Shown here in pieces: positions 9,268 to 17,145 of a DNA stretch of 32,000 nucleotides. Position numbers and translations under genes: made by a program. The stretch is from Microcystis aeruginosa NIES-843 (lineage in GTDB: Bacteria > Cyanobacteriota > Cyanobacteriia > Cyanobacteriales > Microcystaceae): the NCBI RefSeq assembly GCF_000010625.1, contig NC_010296.1, forward strand, positions 4,770,001 through 4,802,000, given 5' to 3'. The notes below the pieces were generated by a model. That model saw only the letters and a list, made by a program, of their open reading frames with translations. It was not told where the DNA came from and did not search any database. How positions within the stretch are numbered: the first letter of the stretch is position 1; every line of letters begins with the position of its first letter.

Positions 9268-10014
9268 ATGACTAACAATCAGGAAAATCTTAGCCAAGAA
9301 AACAAAATTTATACAGTTCTCAGTATCGGTCAAAGAGGAGCAGGAAAAACAGTTTTCCTAGCGGCATCTTATCAGACTTTCAAAAATCAAGCAACTTCGG
9401 GAAATCCGGCTAATATTGTCTTCAGATATCAAGAGGAAGAAAGCGAAGAAGATATTGAAAAAATTCTCAATTATGTCGCTAGAACAGGTCAATATCCCCC
9501 CGCCACTTTAAAAATCAGTAACTTTGATTTTAGTTTAGAGAAAAAAAGCGGTGATCAATCGGATAAAATAGCGACAATTCGCTGGTGGGATATACCGGGA
9601 GAAAGTTGTCAAATCTATAATTTAGCCTTTGTCAATATGGCTTTACAGGCTAATGCTTGTTTACTGTTTTTAGAAGCAGCAAGTTTATTAAATGATTCAG
9701 ACAAGCATAATAATTACCCGAGAATTTTTCAAACCTTGATCGAGATAATTAACCATAATAAAACTAGGTTTAATTTAGGCATTATTATCAGCAAATGCGA
9801 TCTAGTTGTCTCTGACCAAAAAAGCTGGCAAAACCTACAATTCAAAGTCCAAGAATTAGAGCAAAAACTGCGAGAGCAAAAAGTTAATCACCGTTTTTTT
9901 TACTCAACAGTTTTAATTGATTCCCAGCAAGGCACACTGCAAGCAAATCAAGCTTTGGACTCCCTATCTTGGTTATTGTCTCAAATCGATCAACAACTGG
10001 TAAACTTTTCCTAA
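9268..10014 (+). CDS. Ras-like small GTPase (248 aa from the ATG at 9268), unassigned subfamily
   Basis: G1 GQRGAGKT, G3 WWDIPGE (DxxG), G4 SKCD (NKxD variant), candidate G2 Thr in YPPAT. I preferred the start at 9268 (gagg 8-11 nt upstream) over the track start at 9208. Confidence 0.7.
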   Translation: MTNNQENLSQENKIYTVLSIGQRGAGKTVFLAASYQTFKNQATSGNPANIVFRYQEEESEEDIEKILNYVARTGQYPPATLKISNFDFSLEKKSGDQSDKIATIRWWDIPGESCQIYNLAFVNMALQANACLLFLEAASLLNDSDKHNNYPRIFQTLIEIINHNKTRFNLGIIISKCDLVVSDQKSWQNLQFKVQELEQKLREQKVNHRFFYSTVLIDSQQGTLQANQALDSLSWLLSQIDQQLVNFS

Positions 10015-10092
10015 ATGACTAGCACTATATCCGATCCATTTGCAGCAAGATTAGTAAAAAAATCTCTCAAAAATCTGCTGACTGCCTTATAA
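10015..10092 (+). CDS. 25-codon micro-ORF abutting the GTPase stop (MTSTISDPFAARLVKKSLKNLLTAL)
   Basis: The ATG follows the TAA directly (TAAATG). The predicted peptide is an amphipathic helix. There is no other support. Confidence 0.2.
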   Translation: MTSTISDPFAARLVKKSLKNLLTAL

Positions 10093-10268
10093 CAGTCATC
10101 TTAATGGTGAGGTGTGAAGTTTTCGTTTTGGGGAGTCGGCACCAAATTAGGTGACAGTTCATCTTGAGGAGAAATGCCGTCAAATATCTCCCCAAAAACT
10201 AGAAACAAGACACAATTGTGTGAAAATTATTTATAATAGCCCACAAAAGTGCTTAAAGGTTACAGATC

Positions 10269-11351
10269 ATGTCCTTGCTCGTTGAACAACTGATTTATAG
10301 CAGTTTCTCACAACTGGGATTTAAATATATCGCTAGTGTCAATGTCCCCCTAGGGATTCAACAGTTTTTTTATCAACATATAGTCTCTCAGTTATGGGAC
10401 ACCTATAATCCTCCAGACAGGAAATTTAAAGGAGTCTATATCTATCAAATTGACTTCCATAACACCCTCTTTGGTTGGTTAATTAACGATGGTAAGGATG
10501 AATTTGATCGTGGGGACATCCCCTACTTTCATTGTTATTATTTACAGGAACTACTCGACTCGAAACAACTGTTTAAAATCCTTGCCTGTCTAGAAGCAGG
10601 CCCCCTAAAACGTATTTACAGAGATGAGGCTAAAATCTCCCTTGACCCCGTAATTTTAGCCGACAATTATCAGGCAAATGCCTTTGAATTAGGGATTAAA
10701 CTTTCTAAAGATATTCGTCTGTTTAGCCACCGGCAACTGCGGGAAGAAAAACCCCTGCAATGGTTTATCTCCTCGAAAGAAACCAAAGAACGACCACATC
10801 CCACCGATAATGACGATGATAACTCTAAAAATACCTTACCTAGGCAACCAAATTATCAGGTAGAAATTGCCAAAATCCTGCAAGAATTAGCCGAAAAACC
10901 GCTCGCTGTTGAGGGGATCATGCTTGTTTCTCCCCAGGGTCAACCTTTGACTGATTCCATCGGCATGGAACACAATAGTGCCTTAATCTTAGCAGGAACA
11001 ATGCTCTATCTTGTCAATAACACAAAAGAGGAATTAAGCTGGTCTGCTCTGGAGCAAATTGCTGTTCGCAGTCCCCAGGGTCATCTGATCTTAACCCCTT
11101 GCAGTGACCAAGCTTTTCTTTTAGTGAAAACCGGCAAAACGATCACGGGATTGTTAGAGGTAGAAATCCAGAAAACTCGCTCAAAATTACAAAAAATTCT
11201 CCCTATCTCTAACCCCACCCCCGAAACTCCTCTCTTAAATCCCGCAGCTAATCCCTTTCTTGATTCCTTTGTAGAAGAATTCGAGATCGTCCTCGAAACC
11301 GAAGATAATAACAATGCAGATATTCGTTACCGGGGCAGACCAATTCAGTAA
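10269..11351 (+). CDS. Two-domain protein: unassigned ~170-aa N-terminal domain + Roadblock/LC7 (MglB-like) domain (360 aa)
   Basis: Residues ~200-305, IAKILQELAEKPLAVEGIMLVSPQGQPLTDS...ILAGTMLYL...QIAVRSPQGHLILTPCSDQAFLLVKTG..GLLEVEI, follow the Roadblock alpha-beta pattern. An acidic/polar linker (PTDNDDDNSKN) precedes this region. Confidence 0.6.
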   Translation: MSLLVEQLIYSSFSQLGFKYIASVNVPLGIQQFFYQHIVSQLWDTYNPPDRKFKGVYIYQIDFHNTLFGWLINDGKDEFDRGDIPYFHCYYLQELLDSKQLFKILACLEAGPLKRIYRDEAKISLDPVILADNYQANAFELGIKLSKDIRLFSHRQLREEKPLQWFISSKETKERPHPTDNDDDNSKNTLPRQPNYQVEIAKILQELAEKPLAVEGIMLVSPQGQPLTDSIGMEHNSALILAGTMLYLVNNTKEELSWSALEQIAVRSPQGHLILTPCSDQAFLLVKTGKTITGLLEVEIQKTRSKLQKILPISNPTPETPLLNPAANPFLDSFVEEFEIVLETEDNNNADIRYRGRPIQ

Positions 11352-11383
11352 TCAGTAATCAGTAATCAGTAATCAGGAGTCAG
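11349..11383. repeat. Heptamer array (TAATCAG)x4 + GAGTCAG, starting at the stop codon of the Roadblock gene
   Basis: Read directly: taatcag taatcag taatcag taatcag gagtcag. Confidence 0.9.
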
Positions 11384-11522
11384 TAGACCTCTTGCAAAAG
11401 TCTTAAGTCGATCCTTGTACAGCAACATTTTTGAAGATTATCAACTACTAATAAATAATTAACTGAAAGTCCCTCCTATTATTGTTTCTATCGTTTGTTT
11501 TCGGATTTATGCAAGAGGTCTA
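11384..11522. mobile_element. 139-bp MITE
   Basis: 13-bp perfect terminal IRs TAGACCTCTTGCA (11384-11396) / TGCAAGAGGTCTA (11510-11522). Flanked by the duplicated string GTAATCAGGAGTCAG (11369-11383 and 11523-11537). No ORF. Confidence 0.65.
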
Positions 11523-11560
11523 GTAATCAGGAGTCAGGAGATTATTTTTATTTAGGGCTG

Positions 11561-11705
11561 GCTGAATAAATCTAAAAACCTTGTTGGGTAAGACTTTTAG
11601 ACCTTTTGTCAATCAAAAAGTACTGGATCTGGGAGTGATCGGGGGGAAATTTAGGCACTTTTTCCCTGAAAATTAGGTAATTGGCCACCTCAAAACTGGT
11701 AAAAC
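11561..11705. repeat. 145-bp dispersed repeat, copy 1 (copy 2 at 25125-25269)
   Basis: gctgaataaatctaaaaacctt.ttgggtaagac.tttagac.ttttgtcaatcaaaaagtac...ggcactttttccctgaaaattaggtaattggccacctcaaaactggtaaaac. The two copies are about 93 percent identical by eye and in the same orientation. Confidence 0.9.
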
Positions 11706-11763
11706 CCCACTTCCCACTCCCCACACCCTGCCCCCCTCCCTTCTCCCCCACACCCTACACCCT
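11706..11763. repeat. C-rich degenerate heptamer array (CCCCACA-like)
   Basis: cccacttcccactccccacaccctgcccccctcccttctcccccacaccctacaccct. Confidence 0.8.
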
Positions 11764-11778
11764 GATCACTAAAAACCG

Positions 11779-12705
11779 ATGAACCAATTAAACTTAGAAG
11801 TTGCGGGAAAAAAAGAACGTTTAGATGCTTGGATGGGGTCACACTTGCCCGATTTATCGAGATCGAGGCTGCAAAAACTGATAGAACAGGGATATATACA
11901 GTTAAATGGTCAAATTTGCACTAATAAAAATACTAAAGTTGGTCAAGGTGATCGCTTAAAGATTACCATTCCCGACAGTCAACCCCTCGAATTAACCGCC
12001 GAGGCGATCGAGCTTGATATTCTTTACGAAGACGACTATCTGATTATTATCAATAAACCTGCTGATTTAGTGGTTCATCCGGCTCCCGGCCACGAATCGG
12101 GAACCTTGGTCAACGCTTTACTGCATCACTGCCCAAATTTAGCCGGAATTGGTGGAATTCAACGCCCCGGTATAGTCCACCGCTTAGATAAGGATACCAC
12201 GGGTGCGATTGTTATTGCCAAAACCGACCAGGCCCATCAACACCTACAGGCACAATTAAAAACCAAAACTGCCCGCCGGGAATACATCGCCCTCGTCCAC
12301 GGTGTCCCCAAAAGCGAAACAGGTACAATTGATCTGCCGATCGGTCGTCACCGCAGCGATCGCCAAAAGATGGCTATTATTGCCGTGGAAAAAGGCGGTA
12401 GAAATGCCGTCACTCACTGGCAAGTCAAGGAAAGACTAGGCAACTACACCTTAATGGAATTTCGCCTAGAAACTGGCAGAACTCATCAAATTCGCGTTCA
12501 TAGCAGCCATATCGGTCATCCGATTCTTGGGGATCCCCTCTATAGTTCAGGTCGTTCTATCGGGATTAATCTACCCGGGCAATTACTCCACGCCCATCGT
12601 TTAATTTTAGTACATCCGGTCACGGGAGAGAGCCTAGAAGCGATCGCTCCCTTACCCGCTATTTTCCCGAAAGTTTTAGCTATTTTACGGCAGAGAAACC
12701 CCTAG
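11779..12705 (+). CDS. rluD: RluA-family 23S rRNA pseudouridine synthase (RluD-like, with N-terminal S4 domain)
   Basis: S4-like N-terminus ([19 protein letters not shown]), catalytic motif HRLDKDTTG, and RTHQIRVH. Confidence 0.9.
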   Translation: MNQLNLEVAGKKERLDAWMGSHLPDLSRSRLQKLIEQGYIQLNGQICTNKNTKVGQGDRLKITIPDSQPLELTAEAIELDILYEDDYLIIINKPADLVVHPAPGHESGTLVNALLHHCPNLAGIGGIQRPGIVHRLDKDTTGAIVIAKTDQAHQHLQAQLKTKTARREYIALVHGVPKSETGTIDLPIGRHRSDRQKMAIIAVEKGGRNAVTHWQVKERLGNYTLMEFRLETGRTHQIRVHSSHIGHPILGDPLYSSGRSIGINLPGQLLHAHRLILVHPVTGESLEAIAPLPAIFPKVLAILRQRNP

Positions 12706-13727
12706 CGCACAAATTGCGGCATAATCTCCGCTGCTGTCGATAATCCGTAGATACCGCGACGATGTAGGGAAACCCCCGCTTTCAGATAACCGAAAGCCGG
12801 CCCGCAGACATTAGCCGCCATACTGGTTTCATCACCTAAAGTGAAGGTATGGGTGGAAATTTTGCCTTCAAAAGTCCGCCCCGTGACTTTAACATTGGTA
12901 CTCAAGGGCTTTTTCGGGTTGCGCGTATCCACCACACCCCCGACGGAAACCCGATCGCGTCCACAGATTCCAGCCAATTCCAGCATAATATCGTCTGCGT
13001 GTTCCATATTTTCGAGGCTGAGAATGCCATTGGTTTTATTTAACAGCATTTCCACTTCTGCGTCACTCATCTGGTGCGCCGTTTCTGGGTCGTAACCGGG
13101 TAAATGGGCGATATCTTCGCGAATGGTGGCACGATAAGCCTCCCAGTTGGCAATTCCCACGCCGAAGGTAATTTTAACGCTATGAATCTCTGCATAACTC
13201 TGGGCAGCTAGGGCGGCAGCCGCAGTTAACAGTCCGGGGGTAGCGCCGCAGCCGGTCATGTAGGTGATGCCGGCGGCTTCTAGGTCTGTTTGTAGTGCTA
13301 AGATTTGTTCCATGGCGCTGGTACGTTTGAGCGCATCGACTAAAACCCCGCGCCAACCCAAGCGAATGAAAGTTTTAGCGATATCGGCCATGAAATTGTT
13401 GGGTAAATTCGGCAAGGCGAGAAAATAGCCTTCTACGTCGGCAGTTTTGATTAATTCCTCGATACTGTTCTCGCTGAGACTGCCGTAATTTTCCAGATAA
13501 CCGATCGAACCCCGGTCATGATAAATTTTGTTACAGGTATTGACATCTAGACCGTCTTTGTGGTAAGCAAAACCAGCTTTATCGGCGGCGGCAGTCCAGA
13601 GCATTTCCTGTTTGGGGGCGAGAATTCTGGCGGCGGCCTGTCCCAAACCACCAAAACCTAAAACACCGATCCGAAGGCGATCGCTGGCTATTTGTTTATT
13701 CATATTCGTTGGGATTCCTATAGACAA
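12702..13727 (-). CDS. NAD(P)-binding oxidoreductase, saccharopine-dehydrogenase-like (341 aa; start uncertain)
   Basis: Rossmann motif [18 protein letters not shown] near the N-terminus. The family call is from memory of similar cyanobacterial proteins. Its stop overlaps the rluD stop (see findings). Confidence 0.5.
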   Translation of the reverse strand: MSIGIPTNMNKQIASDRLRIGVLGFGGLGQAAARILAPKQEMLWTAAADKAGFAYHKDGLDVNTCNKIYHDRGSIGYLENYGSLSENSIEELIKTADVEGYFLALPNLPNNFMADIAKTFIRLGWRGVLVDALKRTSAMEQILALQTDLEAAGITYMTGCGATPGLLTAAAALAAQSYAEIHSVKITFGVGIANWEAYRATIREDIAHLPGYDPETAHQMSDAEVEMLLNKTNGILSLENMEHADDIMLELAGICGRDRVSVGGVVDTRNPKKPLSTNVKVTGRTFEGKISTHTFTLGDETSMAANVCGPAFGYLKAGVSLHRRGIYGLSTAAEIMPQFVR

Positions 13728-14013
13728 ACTTCTATTATTTCGGCGGTCGTGGTTCGCCGTTGCATCTCCTTTATTTTCAATTTATCGCTTCAGGTCGTCT
13801 TTTTTGTGTAGTTTTGTTAAATTGTGCCTCCTGGGTCAAGGTTCGCCCTTGACGATGAAGAAAAGTTACGGGAAACTTACAAAAAATGAAAGTGGTTAGG
13901 TGACGTAATATAAAGTTTTGCTAAAATTTTAACCAGATTGCTACGATTAGCAAACTATCGTAAATTAAAACGATAGGGAGCTTTGCAAACCCCAGATCAC
14001 GCCGAGAAGAGCT

Positions 14014-14229
14014 ATGAGCATGGAAAGCCTAGAGTTTATTATCTATCCCGATGGTCGCGTTATGGAAAAGGTGACAGGCATAGTCGGTTCATCTTGTCAA
14101 GAGGTGACGGCGGCGATCGAGGCACAACTCGGGCAGCTGATGTCTCAAGAGAAAACCTCGGATTATTACCATCAAACCGTCAGCCAGTCAGAGAAAGTCA
14201 GCAACGCAGCCACTTTTAGCGACTGGTAA
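14014..14229 (+). CDS. DUF2997-family small protein (71 aa)
   Basis: MESLEFIIYPDGRVMEKVTGIVGSSCQEVT... matches the DUF2997 pattern that usually precedes Ycf35 in cyanobacteria. Confidence 0.7.
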   Translation: MSMESLEFIIYPDGRVMEKVTGIVGSSCQEVTAAIEAQLGQLMSQEKTSDYYHQTVSQSEKVSNAATFSDW

Positions 14230-14273
14230 TTTTTCATCTTTCCCGATCCCTTTATTTAAGCCACTGAAAAACC

Positions 14274-14660
14274 ATGTCACACTTTAGCAATATCAAAACC
14301 AAAATCCGCGATCTATCCTACCTAAAAGCCGCCCTGAGCGATATGGGTATGGAATGGAAAGAGGGTTCTCACCCCGTCAAAGGTTATCAAGGTCAAACTT
14401 TAACCGCAGAGGTGGTAATCGAGCAAGATAACAATTACGATATCGGTTTTCGCTGGAATGGTAACGAGTACGAGTTAGTTGCCGATTTGCAATACTGGCA
14501 ACAACCCCTAACCGTAGAAGGATTTTTAAGAAAAGTAAATCAAGGTTATGCCTACCACACCATCCTGGCAGAAACTGCTAAACAGGGTTTTCAGGTGGCA
14601 GCACAGGAAAAAAATACTGATGGTTCTATTCGTCTAGTGGTACAACGTTGGAGTGCCTAA
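14274..14660 (+). CDS. ycf35: Ycf35 / DUF1257-family protein (128 aa)
   Basis: MSHFSNIKTKIRDL..., GYQGQT..AEVVIEQDNNYDIGFRWNG.EYELVADLQYWQQP and a ...IRLVVQRWSA C-terminus are characteristic of the family. Confidence 0.8.
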   Translation: MSHFSNIKTKIRDLSYLKAALSDMGMEWKEGSHPVKGYQGQTLTAEVVIEQDNNYDIGFRWNGNEYELVADLQYWQQPLTVEGFLRKVNQGYAYHTILAETAKQGFQVAAQEKNTDGSIRLVVQRWSA

Positions 14661-15067
14661 TGGCTGATTTTTCTCCCGAACGCTCTGGTTTTGAACCAGA
14701 GTTAGGGGGATTCCTAAGAGATTCCCCTGATCGCACCGGTTTTGAACCCGAATTGGGCGGTTTACTGCGCCAGAAAGCGGTTTACGTCGATGAGGTCACT
14801 TGTATCGGTTGTAAACACTGCGCCCACGTTGCCCCCAATACCTTTTTTATTGAAGGCGAATACGGTCGCTCTCGCGTCTATAATCAGGACGGTGACGAAG
14901 AAGAAATTATTCAAGAAGCGATCGAGACTTGTCCAGTTAACTGTATTCACTGGGTTAATTATAATAATTTGCAATTCCTTGAGGAAGAAGGCAAACATCA
15001 AGTGATTAAACAGTTAGGTTTTCCTCAGATTCACAAGAAATTTAGCCCCGCAGATTTAGATATCTAG
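14660..15067 (+). CDS. 4Fe-4S ferredoxin-domain protein (135 aa from the ATG at 14660)
   Basis: CIGCKHCAHVAPNTF...ETCPVNCIHW cysteine pattern. The N-terminus carries a tandem peptide repeat GFEPELGG(F/L)LR x2. The ATG overlaps the ycf35 stop (TAATG). Confidence 0.8.
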   Translation: MADFSPERSGFEPELGGFLRDSPDRTGFEPELGGLLRQKAVYVDEVTCIGCKHCAHVAPNTFFIEGEYGRSRVYNQDGDEEEIIQEAIETCPVNCIHWVNYNNLQFLEEEGKHQVIKQLGFPQIHKKFSPADLDI

Positions 15068-15187
15068 GGTGGATAGGTACAGCCTCATCCACCTATTATT
15101 TCCTAGAAGTTATGGCAGCGGTTCTCGATCGAATCTGCTACAGTTCTCAGGGGAAATAATCCTAAGTAGGTAGGTATTGAAAACTTT

Positions 15188-15306
15188 CAGATGCCCCCCT
15201 TATTAAGGGGGATCCCCCCGCCTATCGGCACCCCCCCTTATCAAGGGGGGCAGGGGGGATCGAACCTAAAATCCATTTTAAATTTAATTATAACCAGCTA
15301 CTTATC
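15188..15306. repeat. Nested-palindrome MITE-like repeat, copy 2 (long form)
   Basis: Same sequence as 7956-8051 with an extra ccccccttattaaggggg hairpin at its 5' end. It accounts for the N-terminal part of track ORF 15191-15478. Confidence 0.85.
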
Positions 15307-15322
15307 TCGGATTTTAACGACC

Positions 15323-15625
15323 ATGAACACCCAACTGATTGATTCTCTCGCGCGAATCATTCTCTCTCTCTCCGAGGAAGAAAGAGAGTTACTGAATCGG
15401 AAAATTCAGAGCGAACAACGGGAAAATTGGCAGATTAACGCTCAAATTTTGGATTTAGAAACCCGTGTCAAGCAATAGGAAAATCAATATCCCATGAGTT
15501 CGGAAGAATTCTCTCCTAGATTTCGTTCTGGTGAGCTAGGGGACGCTATGGATTATTTCGAGTGGAATGTTTATTATGAAATGCTATTGGCAGCTAGAAA
15601 AGAGATAAGTTTACGATCAAATTAG
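15323..15625 (+). pseudogene. About 100-codon reading frame split by one in-frame TAG (15476-15478); helical small protein with a GELGD..DYFEW motif, antitoxin-like
   Basis: MNTQLIDSLARIILSLSEEERELL...LETRVKQ * ENQYPMSSEEFSPRFRSGELGDAMDYFEWNVYYEM... The two halves are in the same frame (15479 to 15494 is 15 nt). Confidence 0.5.
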
Positions 15626-15784
15626 ATGGAGATAGCCGATTATATTCCCCTAGTTAAACGGAAATTATCCGAGAGTTCGATCGTAAACTCTTTTACGATT
15701 ACTGATGAAAGAATTTTATTCGATCGAGGCTATTTCCGAGCGAGAGTCCTTCGATTTCAGGACAACAGCTTCAAACTGACGTAA
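15626..15784 (+). pseudogene. 5' fragment of a TumE/DUF6516-like gene, truncated where Uma2 copy A begins
   Basis: The ATG directly follows the preceding TAG. MEIADYIPLVKRKLSESSIVNSFTITDERILFDRGYFRARVLRFQDNSFKL resembles the N-terminal half of that family (from memory). The frame ends inside the antisense Uma2 gene. Confidence 0.4.
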
Positions 15785-16396
15785 AGCAAGACTAGAACCT
15801 TGATTCCAGCCTAATTCTACATAATAGGGAAAAAGTTTCTTGATATTTATATCGGGAAAGAGACGACTATTTTCGCTTTCTTGATAACCGTCTTCTCTGA
15901 ACAGATATATTTTTAATTCTTCCCGACGATAAACCCACAATTCGGGGATTTTCAGCAATTGATAGGCCTCTACATCAGTCAGAGAAGTAAAGTCCACTTC
16001 TATAGCTAAATCGGGAGGAGGATCAACAGTTAAATCAATTCTCTCTTTGCCTAAAATTGCCTGTCTATTATCAATATAAAAACAAGTATCTGGTTCTACT
16101 CCCGCTTCCCCCGGAATTTTCAAGGTAATCGGATCAAAACATTGCCAGTCTTTGCCTTGGCGACGGAGGATAATTTTTACTAAATCCCTTAATGTATCAA
16201 CACGATTGCCATGACTTGGTAAGGGAGACATAAGCCGAATTTCTTGAGTTTTGCCGTTAAAATAGAGTTTGGGATAGGTTTTTTGGAGACGTAAATTCAG
16301 CAATCTTTCGTAATCTTCCCAAGTCTGATGCGGAAAAATAACTTGACTGCCCGGAGATAAAGATAAAGTATTTTCGTTGAGAGTAATTAGTAGCAT
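15716..16396 (-). CDS. Uma2 (DUF820) family PD-(D/E)xK endonuclease, copy A (226 aa, with a foreign C-terminal 16 aa)
   Basis: PPDLAIEVDFTS core motif. 749-bp offset paralog of copy B. Its native last 5 codons are replaced by the read-through VVLKSKDSRSEIASIE. Confidence 0.8.
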   Translation of the reverse strand: MLLITLNENTLSLSPGSQVIFPHQTWEDYERLLNLRLQKTYPKLYFNGKTQEIRLMSPLPSHGNRVDTLRDLVKIILRRQGKDWQCFDPITLKIPGEAGVEPDTCFYIDNRQAILGKERIDLTVDPPPDLAIEVDFTSLTDVEAYQLLKIPELWVYRREELKIYLFREDGYQESENSRLFPDINIKKLFPYYVELGWNQGSSLALRQFEAVVLKSKDSRSEIASIE

Positions 16397-16419
16397 TTTG
16401 ATAATTATTTTTGGATTGT

Positions 16420-16470
16420 CAGATCCCCCCGTCTATCGGCACCCCCCTTATTAAGGGGGGCAGGGGGGAT
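16420..16470. repeat. Nested-palindrome repeat, copy 3 (short form), between the two Uma2 genes
   Basis: cagatccccccgtctatcggcaccccccttattaaggggggcaggggggat. Confidence 0.75.
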
Positions 16471-16497
16471 TAAGCTCACTTTTATACAAAAAGTGTT

Positions 16498-17145
16498 TTA
16501 ACTAAAATTCTCTAAAGCTTCAAACTGACGTAAAGCAAGACTAGAACCTTGATTCCAGCCTAATTCTACATAATAGGGAAAAAGTTTCTTGATATTTATA
16601 TCGGGAAAGAGACGACTATTTTCGCTTTCTTGATAACCGTCTTCTCTGAACAGATATATTTTTAATTCTTCCCGACGATAAACCCACAATTCGGGGATTT
16701 TCAGCAATTGATAGGCCTCTACATCAGTCAGAGAAGTAAAGTCCACTTCTATAGCTAAATCGGGAGGAGGATCAACAGTTAAATCAATTCTCTCTTTGCC
16801 TAAAATTGCCTGTCTATTATCAATATAAAAACAAGTATCTGGTTCTACTCCCGCTTCCCCCGGAATTTTCAAGGTAATTGGATCAAAACATTCCCAGTCT
16901 TTACCTTGACGACGAAGGATAATTTTTACTAAATCACTTAAAAGATTGATACGTTTGCCATGACTTGGTAAGGGAGACATAAGCCGAATTTCTTGAGTTT
17001 TGCGATTAAAATAGAGTTTGGGATAGGTTTTCTGGAGACGTAAACTCAGTAATCTTTCGTAATCTTCCCAAGTCTGATGGGGAAAAATAACTTGACTGCC
17101 CGGAGATAAAGATAAAGTATTTTCGTTGAGAGTAATTAGTAGCAT
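16498..17145 (-). CDS. Uma2 (DUF820) family PD-(D/E)xK endonuclease, copy B (215 aa)
   Basis: Same family signature as copy A, with an intact C-terminus ...RQFEALENFS. Confidence 0.85.
   Translation of the reverse strand: MLLITLNENTLSLSPGSQVIFPHQTWEDYERLLSLRLQKTYPKLYFNRKTQEIRLMSPLPSHGKRINLLSDLVKIILRRQGKDWECFDPITLKIPGEAGVEPDTCFYIDNRQAILGKERIDLTVDPPPDLAIEVDFTSLTDVEAYQLLKIPELWVYRREELKIYLFREDGYQESENSRLFPDINIKKLFPYYVELGWNQGSSLALRQFEALENFS

Noticed and set aside
13983-14219. 78-aa TTG-start ORF overlapping the DUF2997 gene in another frame.
   Set aside because: The alternative frame (14014-14229) gives the recognisable DUF2997 sequence. The 78-aa product is Arg/Ser/Gly-rich off-frame noise.
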